From a virus (Duplodnaviria > Caudoviricetes), in IMG/VR virus record IMGVR_UViG_3300013121_000024, positions 1-64,000 of that record: a stretch of DNA of 64,000 nucleotides. The stretch is one strand, 5' to 3'. How positions within the stretch are numbered: the stretch's first letter is position 1; each line of letters starts with the position of its first letter. The notes below the pieces were generated by a model. It saw only the letters and a list, made by a program, of their open reading frames with translations. It did no database searches and was not told the origin of the DNA. Positions 40,279 through 48,136 of this stretch are shown here, piece after piece. Both the position numbers and the translations under genes were made by a program.

Positions 40279-40313
40279 AAAAAAAGAGGAAGGAATGAGC
40301 ATTCCTTCCTCTT
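40279..40313 (-). terminator. Rho-independent terminator
   Basis: aagaggaaggaatg/cattccttcctctt perfect stem followed by a U-run on the minus strand, just after the DUF932 stop. Confidence 0.8.
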
Positions 40314-40335
40314 GTGTGTTATTTTATTTGGTATT

Positions 40336-41298
40336 TTAGGCCGCCATGGCGTATTCCAGTGCCTTCTCCAGTGCTACAATCTTACGGCCGCGATTGACAC
40401 CAAACCAAGCACTATTGAGTCGGGTATCGGCAGAACGACCTAGCTTATGATCAATGGCATAGGTAACAGCATTCACAGGCTGCCACCAGGTGCCTCGTCC
40501 TTTATCAGCACCAGGCTGGGTTTCCATGATATCGAAAGCGGTCTGAGCCCGGCGAGACATTTCTTCACCATCCTCACCCTTTGTGCCGAGAACATCCTTG
40601 AAATAGTCAACCAACTGGCTTTTCTTGTATCGGTGTTTGGCCAAAACCTCGGCCATCTCCTTGAATTTGGCCATCTGGGCCCGATTGATATTGAGGGCCT
40701 TTTTCACCTCTTCCTGGTTGAATTTGGCGCGATGGTCGAGCCGGAGTTCATGCTTGCTCTTTTTACTCAGAGCAAGGTCGAGTGTGTTGTTACACACAAC
40801 CCGGATACCAGTGTGCTTTGCCACCAAACTTCGGCCATAGATGTGGGGAGACACAAGAAGCATGTATCCTCGCACTGGGTCATCCTTGAACACCTCGAAC
40901 GCCTCCGATGTTTTGGCGAGGGCCCAGAAAATACGACCTTCCTGCAAGGAGCCCATGGTATCCATCTCCATGTCACCAACATCGGTCCATTCGTGGAAAA
41001 ATTCGGCCGCCTCGATATTAGGCACAGGCTCCCAGTCATTCGAGATTACGGTGAGGACCTTAGAGTCCTCGGCCCGAATGAGCGCCTGTCTGTCCGCTTC
41101 GATAAGTTTGTCCTTGTAAATGCCGTATAACGGCACCTTTACCAGTGAAAAATTGTTTCCGGAAACTTCCAGCATCTCTAAAGGAGACATGCCTGGATCA
41201 ACCGGTTCTCCTAGTCCGTGCCAAGGCACGTCGGCCTCTGTACGTTTTGTGTATGCCATACGTGCCTTACCGTCTACGATCTCAAGATTGTGTGACAT
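40336..41298 (-). CDS. DUF932 (TIGR03299-type) protein
   Basis: MSH.LE...MAY, PWHGLG, GSL..GR, IRVVC.NTL, GTWW...NAVT...DH, S.WFG motifs. Confidence 0.88.
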   Translation of the reverse strand: MSHNLEIVDGKARMAYTKRTEADVPWHGLGEPVDPGMSPLEMLEVSGNNFSLVKVPLYGIYKDKLIEADRQALIRAEDSKVLTVISNDWEPVPNIEAAEFFHEWTDVGDMEMDTMGSLQEGRIFWALAKTSEAFEVFKDDPVRGYMLLVSPHIYGRSLVAKHTGIRVVCNNTLDLALSKKSKHELRLDHRAKFNQEEVKKALNINRAQMAKFKEMAEVLAKHRYKKSQLVDYFKDVLGTKGEDGEEMSRRAQTAFDIMETQPGADKGRGTWWQPVNAVTYAIDHKLGRSADTRLNSAWFGVNRGRKIVALEKALEYAMAA

Positions 41299-41475
41299 GA
41301 TATGGGTGTCCTTTGGGTTGTATTGTTGTCAATGATCAGTAATTGTCATTTTCAGGGGGGTACTTTTTACATAATTGGCCACCAACCACACCTACCAGTG
41401 CGATTACAAGACCAATTAATATAAAAATTATAGCAGGAGACATAACTGTTTTCTTTCAGTTCTTAACTTAAGTTG

Positions 41476-41530
41476 AATAATAGAGGTTCCATCACGGATG
41501 GCAACCTCTATTATTCTTCAAGGATAACAA
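41476..41530. repeat. 55-bp direct repeat, copy 1 (palindromic early-promoter element)
   Basis: Identical to 42030-42084. Internal inverted repeat aataatagaggtt/aacctctattatt. Minus strand reads TTGCCA...TATTAT. Confidence 0.85.
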
Positions 41531-41534
41531 CGTG

Positions 41535-41735
41535 TTAAGCCGCCTCGGAAACTTCCGTGTCGTTCTGGTCCAATATTACATAGTGTTCAGCCAGCTTACG
41601 GAACTGGGGTACATGGGAATTGAGATGGTTTGCGATCAGTCGAAAGCAATCCTCCAGGACAGCGGACCTTAATACAGTCCGTTCTACAGTTATATTAGGG
41701 GTTTCTTCTTTGTATACAACCCTATACATTCCCAT
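41535..41735 (-). CDS. Hypothetical early protein
   Basis: 66 aa, AAGGA RBS, ends ...SEAA. Confidence 0.55.
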   Translation of the reverse strand: MGMYRVVYKEETPNITVERTVLRSAVLEDCFRLIANHLNSHVPQFRKLAEHYVILDQNDTEVSEAA

Positions 41736-41797
41736 GTTGTGGTGTCCTTTTTTGTTTGCTTGTGTTATCTGTCACATTAACTTATTTAGTACCAATT

Positions 41798-42018
41798 TTA
41801 TTCACCAAACAGTTCATTCCATTCTTCAGGTGTGATGCCTGTCATGATGAATTCACGGTCTTCTGGTGAAAGATTGGGCATTGCGTTTTGAATTAGCTCA
41901 CCAGCCCGCCAGGAATCAAGCTGTTCCTGCGTGACATCAATTTCCAATTGATGCATTTTACCAGTAAACGGCGATTTACGAACAATCTTCATCGTTTTGG
42001 TTCTTTCTTTCGCTTCAT
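41798..42018 (-). CDS. Conserved small phage protein
   Basis: MKIVRKSPFTGK...IQNAMPNLS..DREFIMTGITPEEW is a widespread small phage family. Start approximate (likely MKIVR near 41992). Confidence 0.6.
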
Positions 42019-42029
42019 AATTTATGTAT

Positions 42030-42084
42030 AATAATAGAGGTTCCATCACGGATGGCAACCTCTATTATTCTTCAAGGATAACAA
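42030..42084. repeat. 55-bp direct repeat, copy 2 (palindromic early-promoter element)
   Basis: Identical to 41476-41530. Confidence 0.85.
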
Positions 42085-42121
42085 TAAGTTATAAGAATTA
42101 CAACGGGGTGCAGCCAGGGTA

Positions 42122-42343
42122 TTATGTCTGTGTTACACTTGTCTTTATTATGTCGTGCACAACCGAATGAACGACCGCATGAACGGCCGCCAGGATGGCC
42201 GGGCCAACGGCCGAGCCAACGGCCGAGTAAACAGCCGAGTCAACGGCCGAGTAAACGGCTGAGCTAACGGCTAAGTTAACGGCCGAGTCAACGGTCGAGT
42301 GAACGTATAAGAAAACGACTGAATTTTTATAATTTTTATTCAC
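42122..42343 (-). CDS. xSAV repeat mini-protein
   Basis: ORF track; leader MNKNYKNS. Confidence 0.65.
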   Translation of the reverse strand: MNKNYKNSVVFLYVHSTVDSAVNLAVSSAVYSAVDSAVYSAVGSAVGPAILAAVHAVVHSVVHDIIKTSVTQT

Positions 42344-42545
42344 CTAGTTCTCCTGGGTCAACGACTGAGTTAACGGCTGAGTTAATGGCCGAGCCAACGG
42401 CTGAATTGAGGGCCCGGTAAACGGATGAGAAAACGGCCGAGTAAACGTCCCAGTAAACGGCCGAGTCAACGGCCGAGGCAACGGCCGAGTGAACGGTCCA
42501 GTAAACGGCCGAATCAACGACTGAATTTTTGTAATTATTATTCAC
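42336..42545 (-). CDS. xSAV repeat mini-protein
   Basis: ORF track; leader MNNNYKNS. Confidence 0.65.
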   Translation of the reverse strand: MNNNYKNSVVDSAVYWTVHSAVASAVDSAVYWDVYSAVFSSVYRALNSAVGSAINSAVNSVVDPGELGE

Positions 42546-42747
42546 TTAGGTCTCCTGAGTAAACGACGGATTCAACGGCCAAGTAAACGGCCGAGTCAAC
42601 GGCTGAATTGAGGGCCCGGTAAACGGATGAGAAAACGGCCGAGTCAACGGCTGGGTCAACGGCTGAGTGAATGACAGAGTTAACGGTTGAGGTAACGGCT
42701 AAGAGAACGGCTAAGCCAACGGTTGAATTTTGATAAATGTCATCCAT
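42538..42747 (-). CDS. xSAV repeat mini-protein
   Basis: ORF track; leader MDDIYQNS. Confidence 0.6.
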   Translation of the reverse strand: MDDIYQNSTVGLAVLLAVTSTVNSVIHSAVDPAVDSAVFSSVYRALNSAVDSAVYLAVESVVYSGDLSE

Positions 42748-42829
42748 TCATGTCCACCGAGTCAATATCCCAGTAAACGGCCGAGCTAACGGCCGAATCA
42801 ACGACTGAATTTTTGTAATTATTATCCAC
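42740..42829 (-). CDS. Short xSAV unit (29 aa)
   Basis: Manual translation: MDNNYKNSVVDSAVSSAVYWDIDSVDMNG*. Confidence 0.5.
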   Translation of the reverse strand: MDNNYKNSVVDSAVSSAVYWDIDSVDMNG

Positions 42830-43055
42830 TTAGGTCTCCTGAGTCAACGACTGAGCTAACGGCCGAGCTAACGGCCGAGCCAACGGCCGAGTGAACGGTC
42901 CAGTAAACGGCCGAGTAAACGGTTGAGGCCACGGCCGGGTCAACAGCCCAGTAAACGGCCGAGTCAACGGCCGAGTAAACGGTCAACTCAACGGCCGAGT
43001 CAACGGCCGAGCCAACAGCCGAGCCAACGGTTGAATTTTTGTAATTATTATCCAC
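42822..43055 (-). CDS. xSAV repeat mini-protein
   Basis: ORF track; leader MDNNYKNS. Confidence 0.65.
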   Translation of the reverse strand: MDNNYKNSTVGSAVGSAVDSAVELTVYSAVDSAVYWAVDPAVASTVYSAVYWTVHSAVGSAVSSAVSSVVDSGDLSG

Positions 43056-43269
43056 TTAGGTCTCCTGAGTAAACGACAGATTCAACGGCCAAGTAAACGG
43101 CCGAGCTAACGGCCGAGCCAACGGCCGAGCCAACGGCCGAGTGAACGTCACAGTAAACGGCTGAGCCAACGGCCGAGTGAACGGCTGAACAAACGGCCGA
43201 GCCAACGGCTGAGTAAACGGCCGAGCCAACGGCCGAGTTAACGTCTGAATTTTTATAATTTTTATCCAC
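43048..43269 (-). CDS. xSAV repeat mini-protein
   Basis: ORF track; leader MDKNYKNS. Confidence 0.65.
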   Translation of the reverse strand: MDKNYKNSDVNSAVGSAVYSAVGSAVCSAVHSAVGSAVYCDVHSAVGSAVGSAVSSAVYLAVESVVYSGDLSG

Positions 43270-43507
43270 TTAGTTCTCCTGAGTAAACGACAGATTCAAC
43301 GGCCAAGTCAACGGCCGAGGCAACGGCCGAGTTAACGGCCGAGTCAATGACCGAGGCAACGGCCAAGTAAACGGCCGAGTCAACGGCCGAGTAAACGGCC
43401 GAGTCAACGGCCGAGTAAACGGTCCAGTCAACGGCCGAGGAAACGGCCGAGTAAACGGCCGAGTGAACGGCTGAGTCAACGGCCGAATTTCTGTAATTGT
43501 TATCCAC
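43262..43507 (-). CDS. xSAV repeat mini-protein
   Basis: ORF track; leader MDNNYRNS, RBS CAGGAGA. Confidence 0.65.
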   Translation of the reverse strand: MDNNYRNSAVDSAVHSAVYSAVSSAVDWTVYSAVDSAVYSAVDSAVYLAVASVIDSAVNSAVASAVDLAVESVVYSGELSG

Positions 43508-43581
43508 TTAGGTCTCCTGGAGTGTCACGTCGTTGATAACGATTGTTCCACCACTAGACACTCATATGACTGATAATCATA

Positions 43582-43749
43582 TCAATCCAAATTAAAAGTG
43601 CCGGGAACCAACATATAAGACAGGTTTGGTTCAAGATTTCCGTAATTTTCCCAAATACGAAGATGGTGCATAAAAAAGTTCTCATTATAAGTTGCAGTCA
43701 GATACTCTCCTCCGGACTCGACTTCTGTTTGGAAGTATACAGTGTACAT
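43582..43749 (-). CDS. 55-aa hypothetical protein heading the array-1 operon
   Basis: Manual translation MYTVYFQTEVESGGEYLTATYNENFF...FNLD* with a GGAGAG RBS. Confidence 0.5.
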   Translation of the reverse strand: MYTVYFQTEVESGGEYLTATYNENFFMHHLRIWENYGNLEPNLSYMLVPGTFNLD

Positions 43750-43790
43750 GATATCTCTCCATGGAGTTCAACTAGGATTTAACTTCTAAA

Positions 43791-43819
43791 ACCTTACAAT
43801 ATACGATATTCAATGTCAA
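43791..43819 (-). promoter_or_regulatory. Sigma70-like early promoter upstream of array 1
   Basis: TTGACA-N17-TAAGGT. Confidence 0.6.
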
Positions 43820-44313
43820 CTAGAGTTTTTTTCAAGGATTTCAGTCTTCTGCCGTTTCATCCGGCGGCCGCGATGCCGGCTCTCACTCTCAATGGTTACC
43901 TTCTGGGTATACTTAAAGTAAAGTCCTACTTCCATACCGTAGGCCTCAATTTCAGCGGGAGAAAACCAATAATGATCTGATAAATCTTTTCTCATAACCA
44001 CAGGTGTGTTATACATTGTATTCTGGTTTTTTGCGAATTGTTTTATGTGGACTAGTTCATGGGCTAATGTTGATAATAAATCACTACGACGCATATTAGC
44101 CCGCAACTCAATGGTAAATTTTCTAGGATGTACCTCTTTATCATCATCTGAAACTGCACTACCCCTCACATCCAGCTTTTGTCTGTTAAATATTTTGATA
44201 TCCAATTTATCAATTATTCTTTTTGATAAAAGAAAAGGTAACCAGAAATTAACCGCATCCCTTATTTCTTTCTTCTCCACGTATTTTGGTTTTCCGTAAA
44301 TAGTTAGTCTCAC
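43816..44313 (-). CDS. Zn metallopeptidase-like protein (HExxH)
   Basis: TLAHELVHIKQ and YW..P.EIEAYG motifs. Confidence 0.75.
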   Translation of the reverse strand: MRLTIYGKPKYVEKKEIRDAVNFWLPFLLSKRIIDKLDIKIFNRQKLDVRGSAVSDDDKEVHPRKFTIELRANMRRSDLLSTLAHELVHIKQFAKNQNTMYNTPVVMRKDLSDHYWFSPAEIEAYGMEVGLYFKYTQKVTIESESRHRGRRMKRQKTEILEKNSS

Positions 44314-44956
44314 TTAACATAAACTCCTGTAATTGTGGTAAAAATTCTGTTCTATCTTTCTCCCAAACTAGTGGTTTGACCATTTTATCCAGGTCAACCG
44401 ACATAATGATTACAAGTTTTTCCGCTTTCAATCCAAAAAGCTCCTGTAGCATTAACGAATAAAGTGTTACTTGCAGCCAATAGGCCAAAATGTCTTCTGG
44501 TGCTTTTGGCCAATTACTACCTTTAAAATCGACTATTGAAGTCTTGTTCTTCCAATCGGCAATCAAATCACTTTTGCCGGCAACATGAAGTCTTTTTGAG
44601 TATAGTGTTTGTTCAATTCCATATATATTAGATACATTTTCATCTAACAATTTGCGTATAGTACGAAAAGAGTATTTCGTATACATCGGTGTGTGATCGG
44701 GTAAATTTCCATAACGGAGATAGTGTTCACATGCATTATGCAATAACTCACCCCTGGCAGAACCTTTATTCTTTTCCTCGATCGCTTTCTCTGTACCCAC
44801 TCTTTCTTTCCAGGCTTCCAGTGTTGGATTAGGAAGCCCGGAAAGTAGTGTGGTTACCGAAGGAACCCACTGACCATCAGGCAGTTGGTACAACCGGCCC
44901 TCGGTTCCTTCCAATTTTGGTAATTTCACTTCTGGTAATAATTTATATTCAAACAC
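44249..44956 (-). CDS. PD-(D/E)XK (Cas4-like) exonuclease
   Basis: PSVTT, RG..LH..CE.YL, AG..D.I, IVDFK.S, Q...Y motifs. Confidence 0.85.
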   Translation of the reverse strand: MFEYKLLPEVKLPKLEGTEGRLYQLPDGQWVPSVTTLLSGLPNPTLEAWKERVGTEKAIEEKNKGSARGELLHNACEHYLRYGNLPDHTPMYTKYSFRTIRKLLDENVSNIYGIEQTLYSKRLHVAGKSDLIADWKNKTSIVDFKGSNWPKAPEDILAYWLQVTLYSLMLQELFGLKAEKLVIIMSVDLDKMVKPLVWEKDRTEFLPQLQEFMLSETNYLRKTKIRGEERNKGCG

Positions 44957-44976
44957 ATCGCAACCTTACTATTTTC

Positions 44977-45834
44977 TCACACCGCGTGAATTTCTCCTTG
45001 TTCTTCCAAACGGTGTCTAGCAAGAATGTATTGTTTAAGGAAAGGCCCGCGAACTATATCTTCGGCCGTCATCTCAATAAATGAGAATTCTTCCATCTCC
45101 CGTACAATTTTACTAAAGTCAGATATTCCCGTTTTCTCGGAGTATTTTTTACTCTCGGTATCGAGGTCTGTTTGGTGAATATCACCGGCAATGAACAACC
45201 TAACATTTTGACCTAGACGTGTGATTGTTGTGTGTAATTCGCGGTCAGTGAAATTTTGGGCCTCATCAATCAAAATCACCGCGTTGTTCCAGGTCAATCC
45301 TCTATTATAACTTGTGGTGGAGAACTTAATTTTACCTTGACGTTTCAGTGTTTCATATGCACCAGACACGTTATAAAACTCTTGTACCATATCTGGGTAA
45401 ATCAATTCAAATACTTTATCCTTATCTCCTCCAAGAGCAGCACCAGGAAGGAATCCTTGATTTCGAGATGGAACGGCACTACGAACTATGATAAGTTGTT
45501 CATACAAACCGTCTTCTATGCTTTTCAAGGCCAGATATAAACCTAAAAAGGTCTTTCCTGTTCCTGGCATACCATGACAGAATATATTCTTTCCTTTACC
45601 ATATTCAACAAACACACGTCGTTGATTAATGGTTTTAGGTGTAATTGGTTTCACTACAAATGGTTCTGTCTCCGGGTATACTGTTGCACGCGCTAGTTTT
45701 CTTTTTGTTTTTGACACTGGTCGATATCTCCCTGGATTTTTATGTTGTTTGTTGTTTTGTTTATTGCCTATATGTGCTCCTCTCCTGTTATTTTCTGTAC
45801 AGTAAATATCATCTGGTGTTAATACCATCACCAC
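44977..45834 (-). CDS. phoH: PhoH-family ATPase (start uncertain)
   Basis: G.PGTGKT, RSAV..R..GFLPG, RGLT, IDEAQN, TRLG, GD..QTDL, DIVR motifs. Confidence 0.93.
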   Translation of the reverse strand: MVMVLTPDDIYCTENNRRGAHIGNKQNNKQHKNPGRYRPVSKTKRKLARATVYPETEPFVVKPITPKTINQRRVFVEYGKGKNIFCHGMPGTGKTFLGLYLALKSIEDGLYEQLIIVRSAVPSRNQGFLPGAALGGDKDKVFELIYPDMVQEFYNVSGAYETLKRQGKIKFSTTSYNRGLTWNNAVILIDEAQNFTDRELHTTITRLGQNVRLFIAGDIHQTDLDTESKKYSEKTGISDFSKIVREMEEFSFIEMTAEDIVRGPFLKQYILARHRLEEQGEIHAV

Positions 45835-46042
45835 CGGTTCTTTTCTTAATATCCTTTAAGAGTGAATTAAATTCATTATCGGTTTTAGTTCTACCTGCGG
45901 TTACTGGATCAATGATATTCAAGGTTGTGAATACCTGACGCAAAAAAGGACGCTCACGCAAGTAAGCGTCCTTTTTTGAAATCGTCATAAACTCGGAATG
46001 GATTTCTCCATTCCGAGTGTCTTCAAATTGGTATGTGGGCAT
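45809..46042 (-). CDS. FmdB-like small protein conserved in T4-like phages
   Basis: MPTY.F.D...GE..., F..LL..IKK motifs, upstream of phoH. Confidence 0.65.
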   Translation of the reverse strand: MPTYQFEDTRNGEIHSEFMTISKKDAYLRERPFLRQVFTTLNIIDPVTAGRTKTDNEFNSLLKDIKKRTGGDGINTR

Positions 46043-46203
46043 TAATCATCCATTTCAGTTAAAGTATCGATGTCTTTTGACCTAAGTGCACTTTTCATTT
46101 TCTTTTGGTCTCGCCTGGAACGTTCCTTACCCTTGTGTTTACGATCCTCTTGACCACGATCATAATCGTCATAGTACCACTTATGGTTTTTGCTCTTTGA
46201 CAC
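46042..46203 (-). CDS. Small basic protein
   Basis: Manual translation from GTG: MSKSKNHKWYYDD...LTEMDD*. Stop overlaps the next ATG. Confidence 0.5.
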   Translation of the reverse strand: MSKSKNHKWYYDDYDRGQEDRKHKGKERSRRDQKKMKSALRSKDIDTLTEMDD

Positions 46204-46207
46204 AGTA

Positions 46208-46771
46208 TTATCCTCTTTTGCCTTTCTTGGTGTTAACGGTTTTCTTAGTTTTAGTAGTTTTTCCGGTTTTAGAAGACTTGCTATTTTTTGCCACGATCTT
46301 TGGAACAGATTTTGGCTGTTCCTTTGTGGTGGATTCTTCCTTTTTTTCTCCCTCGGGAAAGTTTAAATCAAAGGTATCTTTCACCAACTCCTTTGTAACA
46401 GTTTTATACACACATGTCAAGTCGTGATTTTTCGTTGCGTCCATTACAATTGCGTCACGTTTATCCAACGACTCCAGCAACTGGATCCAAAGTCTTTGTA
46501 CAGTTTCTTCACCGAGCCTGTTCTCTTTACTATCCATGAACAGGTACAACCTTCTGTGTTCCATGTACAGTTGTCCATGTAAATCCAATTGATCACTTGG
46601 TTTATATGGTGTGGGCCCTGGTGGAAGTTTCCATTTGACAGTGTGATCAAAATTTAAAGCCAATATAGAAATCAGGACGTTTGATTCATTCTTTTTTAGA
46701 ATGTCCATTTTTTCCTGTTTTGTATACGCATTCTCCACTTTATCCAAAATTTCTGAAATGCCTAATTTCAT
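46208..46771 (-). CDS. Conserved T4-like protein (DUF6433-like)
   Basis: ISEIL, FD....W.LP.G..PYKP, E.RRLY.F, IQLLE.L motifs. Follows rnh. Confidence 0.7.
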   Translation of the reverse strand: MKLGISEILDKVENAYTKQEKMDILKKNESNVLISILALNFDHTVKWKLPPGPTPYKPSDQLDLHGQLYMEHRRLYLFMDSKENRLGEETVQRLWIQLLESLDKRDAIVMDATKNHDLTCVYKTVTKELVKDTFDLNFPEGEKKEESTTKEQPKSVPKIVAKNSKSSKTGKTTKTKKTVNTKKGKRG

Positions 46772-46950
46772 ATTTTTATTCCTTTTTTATATTTTCATCT
46801 TCTCTGAGTAAGGAAGTTACCATTGCTCTGGTTACTTCTATACACCATGTTTTTGCATCTTGTGCTAGCCAACCCCAATGATTCCAATCCAGTCTTTCAT
46901 TGCCGTATTTGATATCAAAAAGGGTTCTAGCCATTCGTTCAATATTCTCC

Positions 46951-47826
46951 TCAGAACTCAGCAATTCCTTGCATGAGGTTGACAAGTTGGTTTTTTTGGA
47001 AGTATCGGTAAATGGAAACATTTTTTTCCTTTTCATATTCATTAAGAAATTTTTTACGTATACCAGAGGATATTTCTTCTGGTATATAATCCAAATCTAT
47101 TAATTGGCGATTCCGAGCGAACCCCCTATCTGCCCACGAGGGCAATTTGGAACTTAAACCAGTCATTATGGTATTTAAACGTTTTTTAGATACGGCCGAC
47201 TGTCTATTGCCCAAGGCCAGACAGTCGTCAGGACTTAAGCAATTGGGAATACCATCACTGTGGTCTCCAAATATAACATGTTCGATAAGTGTTTTATTAG
47301 GATTATCGGTCACCAAATGTTTTTGGTGCCATGGTGAGTATTGGTGAATGTTTGACCATTTTTGCAATTGTAACAAATCTTTATCGGAAGAAATAATGGT
47401 AATCTCCTCATTTGTGCCACCATATATCCTACACACGGTAGCTATAATGTCATCGGCCTCAGCACCCTCATACTCCATTATGGTGTATGGCATTGATTCC
47501 TGAAACTCATTCTTAATTGTATTTATACATTCATAGACAGTCTTCCAGTCTAGTATTGATTGGTCTCGATCTTTTTTCCTTCCTGCCTTATAAAAGGGGA
47601 ACTTCTTTTTTCTCCAATAATTCTTACCATCAAAACAAAGAATCACATCTTTACGAAATTTTGGATTAAACATCTTTTTATATTTGCGAATCGAAGATAA
47701 TACCATGTGACGTACTAGGTCTGGTTTTATTTCTATACCGTCTTTGCCGTATGGACCCTTGTATTTTTGGGATTCCATAATCACACTGGAAATAATTAAT
47801 TGGTGTGTATCGAATAATAATTTCAT
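46951..47826 (-). CDS. rnh: RNase H / 5'-3' exonuclease
   Basis: YWRK..FP.YKA.R, EADDII, SSDKD..QL, GD.SDGIPN, RN..LIDL..IP motifs. Confidence 0.93.
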   Translation of the reverse strand: MKLLFDTHQLIISSVIMESQKYKGPYGKDGIEIKPDLVRHMVLSSIRKYKKMFNPKFRKDVILCFDGKNYWRKKKFPFYKAGRKKDRDQSILDWKTVYECINTIKNEFQESMPYTIMEYEGAEADDIIATVCRIYGGTNEEITIISSDKDLLQLQKWSNIHQYSPWHQKHLVTDNPNKTLIEHVIFGDHSDGIPNCLSPDDCLALGNRQSAVSKKRLNTIMTGLSSKLPSWADRGFARNRQLIDLDYIPEEISSGIRKKFLNEYEKEKNVSIYRYFQKNQLVNLMQGIAEF

Positions 47827-47827
47827 A

Positions 47828-48133
47828 TTATACCATTATCAGTTCATTGTTTCTATCTGTAAAAAGGTCCTCTGTTACTTTATGTAATGGATGATACCTA
47901 TTTGTGTTCTTGGACATTAAACTCTCTATAGAATATACAACCATGGCAATATCTTTGTCCGATTTAAATGTGTCCACATTAATACCGATTTTCGACATTG
48001 ATTCAAGTAAATAAGAAAGTGCCCCACTAACCACAGTGTCGGAAGTTTCTTCCGATACATTGTGGTTGTGAGGCCTGTTAATTCTATTTGTTTGTTTGCC
48101 CCTGTTTATTGGAATTACGTTATTATTGGGCAT
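47828..48133 (-). CDS. Conserved hypothetical protein
   Basis: NVI.. N-terminus and D......SI.SL.....HPL motif, typical upstream of rnh. Confidence 0.6.
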   Translation of the reverse strand: MPNNNVIPINRGKQTNRINRPHNHNVSEETSDTVVSGALSYLLESMSKIGINVDTFKSDKDIAMVVYSIESLMSKNTNRYHPLHKVTEDLFTDRNNELIMV

Positions 48134-48136
48134 TTT

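Larger units (their letters stand above)
42122..43520 (-). repeat. Array 1 of xSAV mini-genes (12-bp unit GTT-NNC-TCG-GCC; 7 units)
   Basis: Units at 43262-43507, 43048-43269, 42822-43055, 42740-42829 (short), 42538-42747, 42336-42545, 42122-42343. Each starts with a GTG/ATG M(D/N)xxYxNS leader, most with an AGGAGA RBS. Consecutive units overlap by 8 nt. Confidence 0.9.

Noticed and set aside
40447-41130. Long antisense ORFs opposite DUF932 (and 48491-49141, 25079-25789)
   Set aside because: Expected shadows of codon-biased genes on the other strand, with no motifs or RBS.
42122-43520. CRISPR array interpretation of the repeat regions (also 61676-62915), given a Cas4-like gene nearby
   Set aside because: The intervals between junctions are 200-300 bp of internal 12-mer repeats, not unique 30-40 bp spacers. 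The Cas4-like exonuclease is a standard T4-like core gene next to phoH.
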